Source: Labilithrix sp.
GTDB lineage: Bacteria; Myxococcota_A; Polyangia; Polyangiales; Polyangiaceae
Assembly (NCBI GenBank): GCA_039809525.1
Contig: JBDHVD010000003.1
Span: forward strand, 6 to 64,005
DNA: 64,000 nucleotides
Direction: 5' to 3'
Shown here: piece by piece, positions 18,374 to 28,224 of the stretch
Layout of the letters: the number at the start of each line of letters is the position of its first letter
Position numbering within the stretch: position 1 is the first letter of the stretch
Program-made: the position numbers and the translations under genes
Notes under the pieces: generated by a model
The model's database searches: none
What the model was told of the DNA's origin: nothing
The model's input: only the letters and a program-made list of their open reading frames with translations

Positions 18374-20761
18374 TCAGGGCGCGAGCTTGTCGGCCGCGAG
18401 ACGCAGCGCCGCCGCGAGCTCGGTCGCCGTCGGACGCTCGCGCGGGTCGTGGCTCATCGCCCGATCGAGCAGCGCCGCGATCTCGGGCGAGAGCGTCGGG
18501 CAGTAGTTGCGGATCCCCGGCGCGGGCGGGGGCATGCGCGCCGCGAGCCGCGTCGTCACCGGCGCCTCGGCGAACGGACGCTTCCCGGTGAGGAGCTCGA
18601 ACGCGATGATCCCGAGGCTGAACACGTCGGACGATCGCGTGGCGTGCTTCGTCCCGACGTGGAGCTCCTGCGCCATGTACTGGACGGTCCCGAAGATGAC
18701 GCCGGTCTGCGTGTCCCAGCTCTCGGGCTTCTCCGACGCCTCGCGCGCGCGCGTCTTCGCCTCCGCGAGGTCCAGCGTCTTCGCGTCGTCCTCGGGGATG
18801 ACGACGACGGGGAGGCCCTCGGGGGGAACGTCGGTGACCGGAGGGAGCGAGTCCATCTGCGGGCGCGCGCGCACGTGCGCCGAGGACATCCGGTCGTCGC
18901 GCTGCAAGCTCGAGATGCCGAAGTCGGTGATCTTCACCAGCGGACGCCGTCCGTCGGCGCCGCGCGAGAGGAGACAGTTCCCCGGCTTCAGATCGCGATG
19001 GATGATCCCCGCGGCGTGGATCGCGTCGAGCCCCTCGGCGACCTGCGCGAGGACGCCGAGCGTCCACGGGATGTCGCGATGGCGCCGCCGGACCTCGTGG
19101 AGCGTGGCGCCGCCTTCGACGAGCTCCATCACGAGGAAGATGAAGCCGCTCTTCGCGACGTCGATGTCGACGATCGACACCACGTTCGGATGGCTCACGT
19201 TCGCGACGATCTGCGCCTCGCGCGCGAACCGCGCCCGGGCGTGCGCGTCGCTGCCGGTGGACAGCGCCTTGAGCGCGAAGTGCTTGGCGTCGGTGGTGCG
19301 CTCGACCTCGTAGACCGCGCCCATGCCGCCGGCGCCGAGGTGCCTCACGATGCGGTAGCGACCCTCGAGCACGGTGCCCGGCTCGAGCGGCGGAGGCGGC
19401 GCGTCGATGCCGTCGTCCTCCATCGACGCGAGCTTCTCCGCGAGCTCGCGGGAGCGCGCGGCGATCTGGCGGCGGAGCTCGTCGTTGAGCAGCTCGACCT
19501 CGCGGTGCTTCGCCTGGAGGAGGCGCACGCGCTCGGCGAGCTCGGCGACGAGCTCGTCGGCGCGCTTCAGCGCGAGGAGATGCTCGCGCGAGAGCGCCGC
19601 CGCTTGATAGAGCGACAGCCACATGATGCCGAGGCAGGCGATGCGCAGGCCTCCGAGCGGCTCGCCCTGGCCCAGCCACGCGAGGATGTCGGGCAAGCCG
19701 AGCGCGACGGTCGCCGGCCACGCGAACGCGATCCCGTAGAGCGTCGCGGGGACCTTCTGCGCCGTGCGCCGGAGCCGCGCGAGGAACACGAGCTGGGCGA
19801 ACGCGTTCGCGACCGTGACGGCCAGGACCACGAGCGACATCACGCCGATGGAGAAGAACGGGCTCCTCGTGACGATCGCGATGCCGAGGACCGCGCCGAG
19901 CACGGCCCACCACGCGCGGCTCGGGCGGGGCCCGTCCACGTAGGTGCGCGTGAACCACATCGCGGCGTTCGAGCCGAGCACGAGCGCGATCATCATGAAC
20001 GGCGCCTCGTAGATCCCCAGCACCGGCTGCGTGATGCCGAGCACGAACGCGGGGTAGGCCATGCCGCAGGTCGCGCCCAGCGCGAACCACCCGTACGGCG
20101 CGCGCCGGACGCGATCGCGACGGAGCAGGAGGAAGAGGAAGCCGTAGAGCAGCGCGACGACGGTGGCTGCGCCGACCGCGCCCATCGCGGCCACGGTGTT
20201 GAACATGCGGAGGGCGGCGACGCCCCGGCCGCCGAGGGGATGCGTGGTGATCACCGGCTCGGCGTCGAACCAGCCGCTCCGGCTCATCGTGTGCTGCACC
20301 GTCAGCTCGAGATCGACCGCCCCGTCCTGCGTCGCCTCCGGCGGGATGCGCCAGCGGTGCGGATGCGTCGCGCGATAGACGTCGAACGCATTCGCGTCGA
20401 TCGCCGTGGCCTCGGTGCCGTCGACCCGCAGCGTCGCGATCGCGGGCATGTGCGGGACCGCCAGGGTGAGGCTCCGGCCCCGCAGCGCCCCGGGCAGCTC
20501 GACCCGGGTCCGGAGCACGTACCGGGACGGCGATCGAGGCAGGTGATCGTCGAGGTGCGCCGGCAGCTCGACCGCGATCGGAGCGCGCCCGCCGGGCAGA
20601 TCGGCCTGCCATGAACGCACCGGAATGCGTGCATCTTCCAACTGTTCGGCGGGCCCACCGGCGGCGTGAGAGCACCCGGCCGTGGCGATGCCCAGAGCGA
20701 TGACGGACGCGAGCACCGCGAGCCTCGCGAGGAGCACGAACAGGTGACTGGGCCGTCGCAC
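18374..20761 (-). CDS. Membrane sensor Ser/Thr kinase (extracytoplasmic domain + about 7 TM + coiled coil + C-terminal kinase); start uncertain
   Basis: Signal-like N-terminus ending ATAGC; many TM helices; coiled coil LAERVRLLQAKHREVELLNDELRRQI; GAGGMG, HRDLKPGN, DFG, GTVQYMAQE. Confidence 0.88.
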   Translation of the reverse strand: MRRPSHLFVLLARLAVLASVIALGIATAGCSHAAGGPAEQLEDARIPVRSWQADLPGGRAPIAVELPAHLDDHLPRSPSRYVLRTRVELPGALRGRSLTLAVPHMPAIATLRVDGTEATAIDANAFDVYRATHPHRWRIPPEATQDGAVDLELTVQHTMSRSGWFDAEPVITTHPLGGRGVAALRMFNTVAAMGAVGAATVVALLYGFLFLLLRRDRVRRAPYGWFALGATCGMAYPAFVLGITQPVLGIYEAPFMMIALVLGSNAAMWFTRTYVDGPRPSRAWWAVLGAVLGIAIVTRSPFFSIGVMSLVVLAVTVANAFAQLVFLARLRRTAQKVPATLYGIAFAWPATVALGLPDILAWLGQGEPLGGLRIACLGIMWLSLYQAAALSREHLLALKRADELVAELAERVRLLQAKHREVELLNDELRRQIAARSRELAEKLASMEDDGIDAPPPPLEPGTVLEGRYRIVRHLGAGGMGAVYEVERTTDAKHFALKALSTGSDAHARARFAREAQIVANVSHPNVVSIVDIDVAKSGFIFLVMELVEGGATLHEVRRRHRDIPWTLGVLAQVAEGLDAIHAAGIIHRDLKPGNCLLSRGADGRRPLVKITDFGISSLQRDDRMSSAHVRARPQMDSLPPVTDVPPEGLPVVVIPEDDAKTLDLAEAKTRAREASEKPESWDTQTGVIFGTVQYMAQELHVGTKHATRSSDVFSLGIIAFELLTGKRPFAEAPVTTRLAARMPPPAPGIRNYCPTLSPEIAALLDRAMSHDPRERPTATELAAALRLAADKLAP

Positions 20762-20788
20762 GCAGCCCCATGGTATCCTTTTCAGGCC

Positions 20789-22021
20789 ATGCGCTTCCTC
20801 TTCGGAGACTCGACCCCGTTTCCGCTGGGGTACAACTTCCTCGCGACGCTCGAGTCGTTCATGGCGACGGCGACCCGCATCGTCCAGCTCGAGAACGAGA
20901 CCAGCTCGACGCGACGCGTCGCCGACGAGACCGCGGCGAACCGCGTGAAAGGGCTCGAGGCGCTCGAGCAGTTCCACAACGTGGTCATGCGCGCGGTACA
21001 GGACACGGCGCAGAAGGTCCACCATGCCCACGCGCTCGAGTACGCCCAGCGCGTGGCCGAGTTCGCCTCGCAGTACGTCGAGGAGCACAAGCGCGCGACC
21101 CTCGCGTCGAACGAGCGCGAGTCGATCTCCCTCCGGGCGGAGGCCGATCGCCGCGTCGCCGAGCAGCGGCAGCAGCTCGAGACCTTCCTCAAGGTCGCGC
21201 GCCTGCCGGTCCTCCACACCAAGCTCTCGGTGCGCCTCGTGGGCGAGGGCAAGGACTTCCGCCACCAGATGAGCGCGGTGTTCGACAACCCGGACAACAT
21301 CCAGACCGCGTTCACGCTGAACGCCGCGAAGGCGCCGGGCTGGTCGTCGCCGCGCCGGGTCGCCGACTTCGTGCAGAACGTCGAGCTCCTCGTCGGCGTG
21401 GAGAAGAGCTGGCTCCGCGGGACGGTCACGCAGAAGCAGCAGAACGTCGACGACTGGATCGTCACGCAGCTCGACATGAGCGACGACGCGCTCGAGCTCA
21501 CGCTGCGCAAGAACATGAAGGAGAAGGAGATGCTCGTCTTCCACGTGCGGAAGACCGAGGGCGTCCTCTCCGGCACCGTGGAGCATCCCGGCGCGCCCGA
21601 CGCGAGCGCCGTCGGCACGCAGATGCAGCACTCGGATCTCACGCAGCTCGACAAGCTGTGGCTCGCGCTCCGCACGGCGACGCGCGACGTCGCCGATCAC
21701 AAGGAGCAGCTGCTCGGGGTCCTCCTCGATCAGCAGCCCGTGTTCGAGGCGGGCCTGGTGCTCGCGTTCGTCGTGCGTCTCGTCGCGATGTTCGCGCCGA
21801 CGGTGCGCGAGGTCGCGAAGCGCAGCCCGAACGAGCACGAGCTCTCGCTCAAGATCGAGCACGAGGGCGGCCGGCGCGAGGAGATCTACCTCCGCAAGGA
21901 CGCGCTGGTGAACGCGCTCGCGCCGCTGCCCGCCGCGGGCCGGCAGGTGTTCGCGCCGCTCGGCCTCGAGTCGTGGGTCCCCGCCGTCACCGGCGCGCCG
22001 CCGCCGGTGGTGTCGAGCTGA
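20789..22021 (+). CDS. Hypothetical protein with an N-terminal coiled coil
   Basis: Long ORF with host-like codon use, MRFLFGDSTPFPLGYNFL; no recognised motif. Confidence 0.75.
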   Translation: MRFLFGDSTPFPLGYNFLATLESFMATATRIVQLENETSSTRRVADETAANRVKGLEALEQFHNVVMRAVQDTAQKVHHAHALEYAQRVAEFASQYVEEHKRATLASNERESISLRAEADRRVAEQRQQLETFLKVARLPVLHTKLSVRLVGEGKDFRHQMSAVFDNPDNIQTAFTLNAAKAPGWSSPRRVADFVQNVELLVGVEKSWLRGTVTQKQQNVDDWIVTQLDMSDDALELTLRKNMKEKEMLVFHVRKTEGVLSGTVEHPGAPDASAVGTQMQHSDLTQLDKLWLALRTATRDVADHKEQLLGVLLDQQPVFEAGLVLAFVVRLVAMFAPTVREVAKRSPNEHELSLKIEHEGGRREEIYLRKDALVNALAPLPAAGRQVFAPLGLESWVPAVTGAPPPVVSS

Positions 22022-22908
22022 TGCGCCGCGGGGCGATCCTCCTCGTCCTCGCCGCGTGCGGGACGTCGTCCTCGCCGGACGTCGCGCCGGACGCCGCGTC
22101 GTCTCCGGGCGTCCCGTCACCGGGCGCGACCGCCGACGGGGGCGGCGCGTCGTCCGACGGCGGCGCGCGCGCGGACGATCCGTGCAGCCGGCCGAAGCCC
22201 GGGCCCGGCAACACCGGCGTCCCCGCGGGCACGAAGCTCACGAAGAGCGGATCGATCAAGGTGGAGACCGACGGCGCCGTCGTCGAGGACCTCGACGTCG
22301 ACGGCGCGATCACCGTGCTCGCGAACGACGTGACCATCCGTCGCGTGCGGATCCGCAGCGGCGACTACTACCCGATCCGTTACTTCGACAACGACAATCG
22401 GGGGCTCGTCGTCGAGGACAGCGAGATCGAGGGCACGAGCGACGACGTCACGAGCGCGATCGCGTTCGCCAACTACACCGCGCGGCGGCTGAACATCCAC
22501 GGCGGCGCCGACGGCCTCAAGGCCGACGCGAACGTCCTCATCGAGGACTGCTGGATCCACGACCTTCGCAACGGACCGGGGCAGCACAACGACGGCGTGC
22601 AGTCGACCGGCGGCAAGGGCGTCACCATCCGGCACAACGTCATCGACGGCGCGAGCAACGCCACGGTGCAGACCGGCGACGAGGGGGCCGCGACCGAAGA
22701 CCTCACCGTCGAGTGCAACTGGCTCGACGGCGGCGGCTATGCGCTGAACATCCGGGGCACCGGCGCGACCGTGCCGAAGAACACGCGCATCCTGAACAAC
22801 CGCTTCGGTCGAACGTCGGCGTACGGGCCGTGGACGATCGACGATCCGAGCCCGGTCGTGACGGGCAACGTCTACGACGACGACGGATCGGCCATCCCCT
22901 GGCCCTGA
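22021..22908 (+). CDS. Right-handed parallel beta-helix lipoprotein
   Basis: MRRGAILLVLAAC; PGPGNTGVP; repeats such as IEDCWIHD and HNDGVQ. Confidence 0.8.
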   Translation: MRRGAILLVLAACGTSSSPDVAPDAASSPGVPSPGATADGGGASSDGGARADDPCSRPKPGPGNTGVPAGTKLTKSGSIKVETDGAVVEDLDVDGAITVLANDVTIRRVRIRSGDYYPIRYFDNDNRGLVVEDSEIEGTSDDVTSAIAFANYTARRLNIHGGADGLKADANVLIEDCWIHDLRNGPGQHNDGVQSTGGKGVTIRHNVIDGASNATVQTGDEGAATEDLTVECNWLDGGGYALNIRGTGATVPKNTRILNNRFGRTSAYGPWTIDDPSPVVTGNVYDDDGSAIPWP

Positions 22909-22956
22909 GGACAGTCCGTCGCGCGCTCGGATCCGCGTCCGCGTATACTGGATGGG

Positions 22957-23811
22957 ATGGCCGGCGGAGGGAAGGCGGCGAAGGTCGGCGTGCTCGTCGT
23001 GCTCGGGCTCGGCGCCGCGGCCTACCTCTTCGCGCGTCCGCCGCTCCCGCAGCCGGAGGGCTACCACGCGTTCGCCGACACGCGGATGCTCCAGCGCATC
23101 CCGAATGCGCTGAACGTCCTCTCGAACGTCTTCTTCGCCCTCGTGGGGCTCGCGGGCCTGCGCTTCCTCGCGCGCGGGCCGTCGCTCGATCCCGATGCGT
23201 CGTTCCGGCCCGGCGCGCACACGGCGTTCGAGTCGTATCGCGAGCGCCCCGCCTACGCGATGTTCTTCGCCGGCATCGTCCTCACCGCGTTCGGTTCGGC
23301 CTTCTATCACCTCGCGCCGAGCACCACGCGCCTGTTCTGGGATCGGCTGCCGATGGCCGTCGCGTTCATGGCGCTGTTCGCGACGGTCATCTCCGAGCGG
23401 ATCAGCATCTACTGGTCGCGCAACCTCCTCCTGCCGCTGGTGTTCGCCGGCATCGCGAGCGTCGTGGTGTGGCGGCTCTCGGAGCAGCGCGGCGCGGGCG
23501 ATCTCCGCGCCTACGTCCTCGTGCAGGGCTTCCCGATGATCGCGCTGCCGCTGATGATGCTGCTCTTCCGCTCGCGTTACACGCACGGATGGATGCTGCT
23601 CGTCGTCGTCCTCCTCTACGCCGGAGCGAAGGCGCTCGAGCACTTCGACGCCCAGGTCTTCGAGGCCACCGGCAGGCAGGTGAGCGGTCACTCGCTCAAG
23701 CACGTGGTCGCCGCGCTCGCGACGTACGTGGTCATCCTCATGCTCAAGTGGCGGGGCGTCGCGGCCGAGCAGCAGAAGGCCGCGTACATGCTCGAAGAGG
23801 AGTCGGGGTAG
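22957..23811 (+). CDS. Alkaline (phyto)ceramidase-like CREST membrane hydrolase
   Basis: YHAFADTR, NVLSN, GSAFYH, WDRLPM and SGHSLKH motifs; multiple TM helices. Confidence 0.85.
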   Translation: MAGGGKAAKVGVLVVLGLGAAAYLFARPPLPQPEGYHAFADTRMLQRIPNALNVLSNVFFALVGLAGLRFLARGPSLDPDASFRPGAHTAFESYRERPAYAMFFAGIVLTAFGSAFYHLAPSTTRLFWDRLPMAVAFMALFATVISERISIYWSRNLLLPLVFAGIASVVVWRLSEQRGAGDLRAYVLVQGFPMIALPLMMLLFRSRYTHGWMLLVVVLLYAGAKALEHFDAQVFEATGRQVSGHSLKHVVAALATYVVILMLKWRGVAAEQQKAAYMLEEESG

Positions 23812-23820
23812 AATCGGCCA

Positions 23821-24375
23821 ATGCGTTCCGCCGCCGCCACGCTCCTCGCCGCGTTCGTCCTCTTCGCCTGCGGGGGAAAGGATCAGCCGCCGCCGTCGTC
23901 GGCCGGCGACGTGAAGCACGACGAGGGAGACGCCGGCGAGCTGTCGAAGATCGACGAGGCCGCGTGGGCCGACGCCGGGCTCGACCTGTCGCTCGCCAAG
24001 GCGAACCCCGACGCCGGTGCGCCTCCGCCCGGGGCGAGCGCGGAGCCCGCGAAGGCGGCTGCGGCGCCGGCGGCCGCGGACTCCGACGAGTGCACGCCGG
24101 TGGGCGTCGACTTCGAGAAGCGCGCGCGCCCGCAGCTCAAGGAGTGCTACCGCGAGGGGAAGAAGAAGAACCCGAACCTCGAGGGCACCGTCCGCGTCAC
24201 CGTCTCGATCGACTACAAGGGCAAGATCAAGAACATCAAGATCACCGAGAAGACGCTGCCCGATCCGGTCGCGCAGTGCATGCTCAAGGTGGTGAAGACG
24301 ACGCCGTTCCCCGAGGCGTCGAAGTGCCCCGACAAGAACATCTCCATCCCGATGACGTTCCCGACGCCGCACTGA
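23821..24375 (+). CDS. AgmX/PglI C-terminal (TonB-C-like) domain lipoprotein
   Basis: LFAC lipobox; LKECY...NPNLEGTVRV...VAQCML...PFP. Confidence 0.75.
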   Translation: MRSAAATLLAAFVLFACGGKDQPPPSSAGDVKHDEGDAGELSKIDEAAWADAGLDLSLAKANPDAGAPPPGASAEPAKAAAAPAAADSDECTPVGVDFEKRARPQLKECYREGKKKNPNLEGTVRVTVSIDYKGKIKNIKITEKTLPDPVAQCMLKVVKTTPFPEASKCPDKNISIPMTFPTPH

Positions 24376-24466
24376 TGGGGCCCGGGCGAGCCGGCCGGCC
24401 GCGACCGACCCGGATAGTGCGACGAGATGGATGACAACGCGCACTGGGTTCGTCTAGGACGACCGG

Positions 24467-25387
24467 ATGCTCGACGCACGATTTGCATGCGCTGCTGCGG
24501 TCCTCGCGGCGGTAACGATGTGGCCCTCCGTCTCCGCCGCGCAGCCCGCCGGCGCCGGTGCCGGTGCGCCCCCGGCGACGATGCCGAGCGAGACGGTGAA
24601 GGCGAACACCGCGACGAAGGGCAGCACCGAGCTCGCGAAGGGGGGCTTCGTCACCGGGACCGAGCGCAAAGAAGACGACCCCACGTACGTGAACGACGTG
24701 AGCATCGGCGCCGGCGGCATGTTCGTCGCGGGCAACGCGCGCCAGCTCGCGCTGACGTCGCTCGTCCGCACGCGCTTCCGCCGCGACGAGCACCAGTTCA
24801 GCGGGGCGGCGACGGTGAACTACGGCCGCGCGGGCAAGCGAGGCGCGGAGATCGAGACGACGGTCGAGAACTACCAGGGGCTCCTCCGCTACGACTACTA
24901 CCTGTCGAACGACGTCTCGCTGTTCCTCCAGGGCACCGGCCGCCGCGACAAGTTCCAGGGCCTCGACCTCCGCCTCAACATCGACCCCGGCATCGCGTAC
25001 TACTTCCTCAACACCAAGACGCACCGCCTGCAGACCGAGCTCGGCTACGACCTCCAGCACGACATTCGCCGCGATCAGGACCTCGCGCAGGCGCCGCCCG
25101 CTCCGCCGCTCGACAAGTCGAAGACGTTGCACAACGCGCGTCTCTTCTTCGGCTACGAGAACAAGTTGCGGAAGGAGGTCGCTTTCGTGGCGAGCGTCGA
25201 GTACCTCCAGAACTTCGCCGACCTCGAGACGTTCCGCTTCATCGCGGACATCGGCCTGAAGTCCAACGTCTCGGACAACCTCGCTCTGGCGACGACGTAC
25301 ACCGCGCGTTACGAGAACAAGCCGCTGCCGGAGGTCGAGTCGCTCGACTCGATCGCCTCGATCAACCTGGTCTACTCGCTGTTCTGA
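24467..25387 (+). CDS. DUF481-type outer-membrane beta-barrel protein
   Basis: Signal peptide; alternating beta strands, RDKFQGLDLR; C-terminal NLVYSLF. Confidence 0.75.
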   Translation: MLDARFACAAAVLAAVTMWPSVSAAQPAGAGAGAPPATMPSETVKANTATKGSTELAKGGFVTGTERKEDDPTYVNDVSIGAGGMFVAGNARQLALTSLVRTRFRRDEHQFSGAATVNYGRAGKRGAEIETTVENYQGLLRYDYYLSNDVSLFLQGTGRRDKFQGLDLRLNIDPGIAYYFLNTKTHRLQTELGYDLQHDIRRDQDLAQAPPAPPLDKSKTLHNARLFFGYENKLRKEVAFVASVEYLQNFADLETFRFIADIGLKSNVSDNLALATTYTARYENKPLPEVESLDSIASINLVYSLF

Positions 25388-25399
25388 AAGGGGAGCGTC

Positions 25400-25813
25400 A
25401 TGGGTCTCGTCAAGGAGTTCAAGGAGTTCACGATCAAGGGGAACTTCATCGACCTCGCGGTCGGTGTGATCCTCGGCGCGGCCTCCGGCAAGGTCGTGAC
25501 CGCGCTCGTCGATCGCGTGATCATGCCGCCGATCGGCCTTCTCCTCGGGAAGGTGAACTTCGCCGACCTGAAGGTCGTGCTCCAGCCGGGGCAGCTCGGC
25601 CCCGACGGCAAGGAGATCGTGAAGGAGGTCGCGATCGGCTACGGCGCCGCGATCCAGGCCCTCATCGATTTCCTCCTCGTCGGCTTCGTCGTGTTCCTCC
25701 TCGTGCGCGCGTACAACCGTTTCCGCGCCGCGGCGCCCCCTGCCGAGCAGCCGCCGCAGGAAAAATTGCTCACGGAGATCCGCGACTTGCTCAAGGAACG
25801 GAAGCCCTCCTGA
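25400..25813 (+). CDS. mscL: Large-conductance mechanosensitive channel
   Basis: KEFKEFTIKGNFIDLAVGVILGAA...LLTEIRDLLK. Confidence 0.97.
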   Translation: MGLVKEFKEFTIKGNFIDLAVGVILGAASGKVVTALVDRVIMPPIGLLLGKVNFADLKVVLQPGQLGPDGKEIVKEVAIGYGAAIQALIDFLLVGFVVFLLVRAYNRFRAAAPPAEQPPQEKLLTEIRDLLKERKPS

Positions 25814-25868
25814 GCGAGACGCAGCCGAGATTGGACGCGCGCGCCCACGGCGCGTACCCCCATTGCCC

Positions 25869-26915
25869 ATGATGCGCAGCGTCCTTCTCGTGCCCCTCGC
25901 GTTCGCCTTCGCCGCCGCGGCCTGCGGCGGCGCCGAGGACACGGCCCCGAGCGGCGGCTCCGAGCCGACGGCGCCGAGCAGCGGCACGTCGGTCGGCGGC
26001 GGCTCGTCGAGCTCCTCGAGCGGCGCGCCCGCGCCCTCCGGCGGCGACGCGGGGACGACCGGGCCGGCGGCGCCGAAGGCCGTGCGCTTCGTCGCGATGG
26101 GCGACACGGGCACCGGCTCGAACGATCAGAACAAGGTCGGCAACACCATCGCCGCCGTGTGCAAGGCGCGCGGGTGCGACTTCGTCCAGCTGCTCGGCGA
26201 CAACATCTACGACAGCGGAGCGTCCTCGGCCGACGATCCGGTCTGGCAGGAGAAGTTCGAGATCCCGTACGCGGCGGTCGATCTCGACTTCTTCGCCGTG
26301 CTCGGCAACCACGACTACGGCGGCAACGGCGCCGGCACCGACTTCGCGAAGGGCAAGAACCAGGTCGACTACACGGCGAAGTCGAAGAAGTGGAAGATGC
26401 CGGCGGCCTACTACCACCACGTGAAGGGCAACGTGGAGCTGTTCGCGCTCGACACGAACATGCAGATGTTCAGTCAGGACGGCGACCAGAAGAAGGACAT
26501 GGCCGCGTGGATCAAGGCGTCGACCGCGAAGTGGAAGATCGCGCTCGGCCACCACCCGTACAAGTCGAACGGCCCGCACGGAAACGCCGGAAGCTACGAC
26601 GGCCTCACCTATGTCCCGGTCGCCAACGGCAAGGGCGTGAAGAACTTCCTCGAGGACGTCGTCTGCGGCAACGTCGATCTCTATCTGTCCGGTCACGACC
26701 ACAGCCGGCAGTGGCTCAACGAGAGCTGCAAGGGCACCGAGCTCGCCGTCTCCGGCGCCGGCGCGAAGGCCACCGAGCTCGGCGGCTCGAACCCCGCGCT
26801 GTTCCAGTCGCTGGAGCTCGGCTTCCTCTACATCGTCGTCGAGGACAAGCAGCTCACCGCCGAGTTCATCGACGAGAACGGCGGCGTCGAGTTCACGCAC
26901 GTCATCAAGAAGTAG
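25869..26915 (+). CDS. Metallophosphoesterase (purple/tartrate-resistant acid phosphatase-like) lipoprotein
   Basis: GDTG, GDNIY, GNHD, GHHP and SGHDH motifs; AAAAC lipobox. Confidence 0.9.
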   Translation: MMRSVLLVPLAFAFAAAACGGAEDTAPSGGSEPTAPSSGTSVGGGSSSSSSGAPAPSGGDAGTTGPAAPKAVRFVAMGDTGTGSNDQNKVGNTIAAVCKARGCDFVQLLGDNIYDSGASSADDPVWQEKFEIPYAAVDLDFFAVLGNHDYGGNGAGTDFAKGKNQVDYTAKSKKWKMPAAYYHHVKGNVELFALDTNMQMFSQDGDQKKDMAAWIKASTAKWKIALGHHPYKSNGPHGNAGSYDGLTYVPVANGKGVKNFLEDVVCGNVDLYLSGHDHSRQWLNESCKGTELAVSGAGAKATELGGSNPALFQSLELGFLYIVVEDKQLTAEFIDENGGVEFTHVIKK

Positions 26916-26946
26916 GCGCGCGGCCCGCGGCCGAGCCCCGACGCGG

Positions 26947-28224
26947 TCACATCGAGCGCTTCACCTCACCCGGCATGTTCGGATGCTGGAGGAGCAGCTT
27001 CTTGATCCCCGGGTTCTTCCGCACGAACGGCTGCTTCATGCAGTGCGCGAGGATGCCGGGCGGCGTGGCCGGGAACTTCGCGAAGTTCTGGATCATGAGC
27101 ATCGAGGCGATGGTCTTCCCGCAGATGATCTGCGTCGTCCGCGCGTCGAACGTGCATCCCGTCATGTAGATCAGGGGACGGCCCTCGGTGCGGAAGATCA
27201 GGTCCGCGCGGTCCTCCGGCGGCGACGTCGTCCACTTCTTGCGGAAGTGCCCGCGCACGCGCGTGCGGGTCAGCTCGGGGACCTCGCGGTCGACCATGAT
27301 CTTGTACGTCTGGAGGAGCTGCTTCGAGCTCATCACGCGCGCGAGCACCGCCTCCGGCGTCATCGGGTTGCGGAGCAGGCGGCGCTCGACGAGCTGATCG
27401 CGGATCCAGTCCTGCCGGCGCGAGATCAGCTCGAGGCCCGTGCCGGTGCGGTGGTGGAACGCCATCATCCGCACGTGGTCGAGCCCGGTCCCGTGGTTCT
27501 CGAGGATGGCGGCGATGATGCGCGGATCCGGATCGAGGCAGAGCGCGAACAGATCCGCTCCCTGGGCGGCGTGCGCGGCCTGCACGCGCGCGTCCGTCGT
27601 CATCACGTGGAACTTCTCTTGATAGAGCTGGCGGTAGTTCCGCTCCGCCGCGGCGCTCGTCGCCTCCTCTTCGTCGGCGGTCGCCGTCGACGCCTCCTCC
27701 GCGCCGTCGGACGGGAGCGGATCGGCGTTCGCGTCGACCGCGGGCTCCGCATCGTCGAAGACGCCGTGGACGTCGGGATCGAGCGTCGGGATCTCCTCCG
27801 CGGCCTGCGCGGCGTCGGCCTCGGGCACCGCGGGGGGCGGATAGTTCGAGCGCGACTCGACGCGCTGCTCGTCGACCGCCCGCTCGACGGCGGCGGGCGC
27901 GCCCTGCGCGGCGAAGCTGCTCGGATCCATCCCGAGCGCGGCGGCGAACTCGGCGAGCGAGGTCTGATCCTGCGGCAGGTGGGGATCGGAGCCGACGTCC
28001 GGGAGGTGCTTCGACGACTCGGCCCCCTCGAGCTGCACGGCGCCGTGGGAGGCGAGCTTGCTCACGATCTGCTCGACGCGCGTCTCTTCCAGGCCGGTGA
28101 GCGCCACGAGGTCCTTGACCGAGAGCCGCCCGTCGATCCGCGAGAGGACGAACCCTTCCTCCGGTGTCAGCGGCAGATCGTTGTTCGGCGTGCCCGCGGG
28201 CTTGGGCCGGACGGTCTTCATCAT
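26947..28224 (-). CDS. Hypothetical protein (N-terminal wHTH-like domain, acidic linker, LRV/HEAT-like repeats)
   Basis: LTPEEGFVLSRIDGRLSVKDLVALTGL; DPDPRIIAAILEN; LLRNPMTP. Confidence 0.75.
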   Translation of the reverse strand: MMKTVRPKPAGTPNNDLPLTPEEGFVLSRIDGRLSVKDLVALTGLEETRVEQIVSKLASHGAVQLEGAESSKHLPDVGSDPHLPQDQTSLAEFAAALGMDPSSFAAQGAPAAVERAVDEQRVESRSNYPPPAVPEADAAQAAEEIPTLDPDVHGVFDDAEPAVDANADPLPSDGAEEASTATADEEEATSAAAERNYRQLYQEKFHVMTTDARVQAAHAAQGADLFALCLDPDPRIIAAILENHGTGLDHVRMMAFHHRTGTGLELISRRQDWIRDQLVERRLLRNPMTPEAVLARVMSSKQLLQTYKIMVDREVPELTRTRVRGHFRKKWTTSPPEDRADLIFRTEGRPLIYMTGCTFDARTTQIICGKTIASMLMIQNFAKFPATPPGILAHCMKQPFVRKNPGIKKLLLQHPNMPGEVKRSM

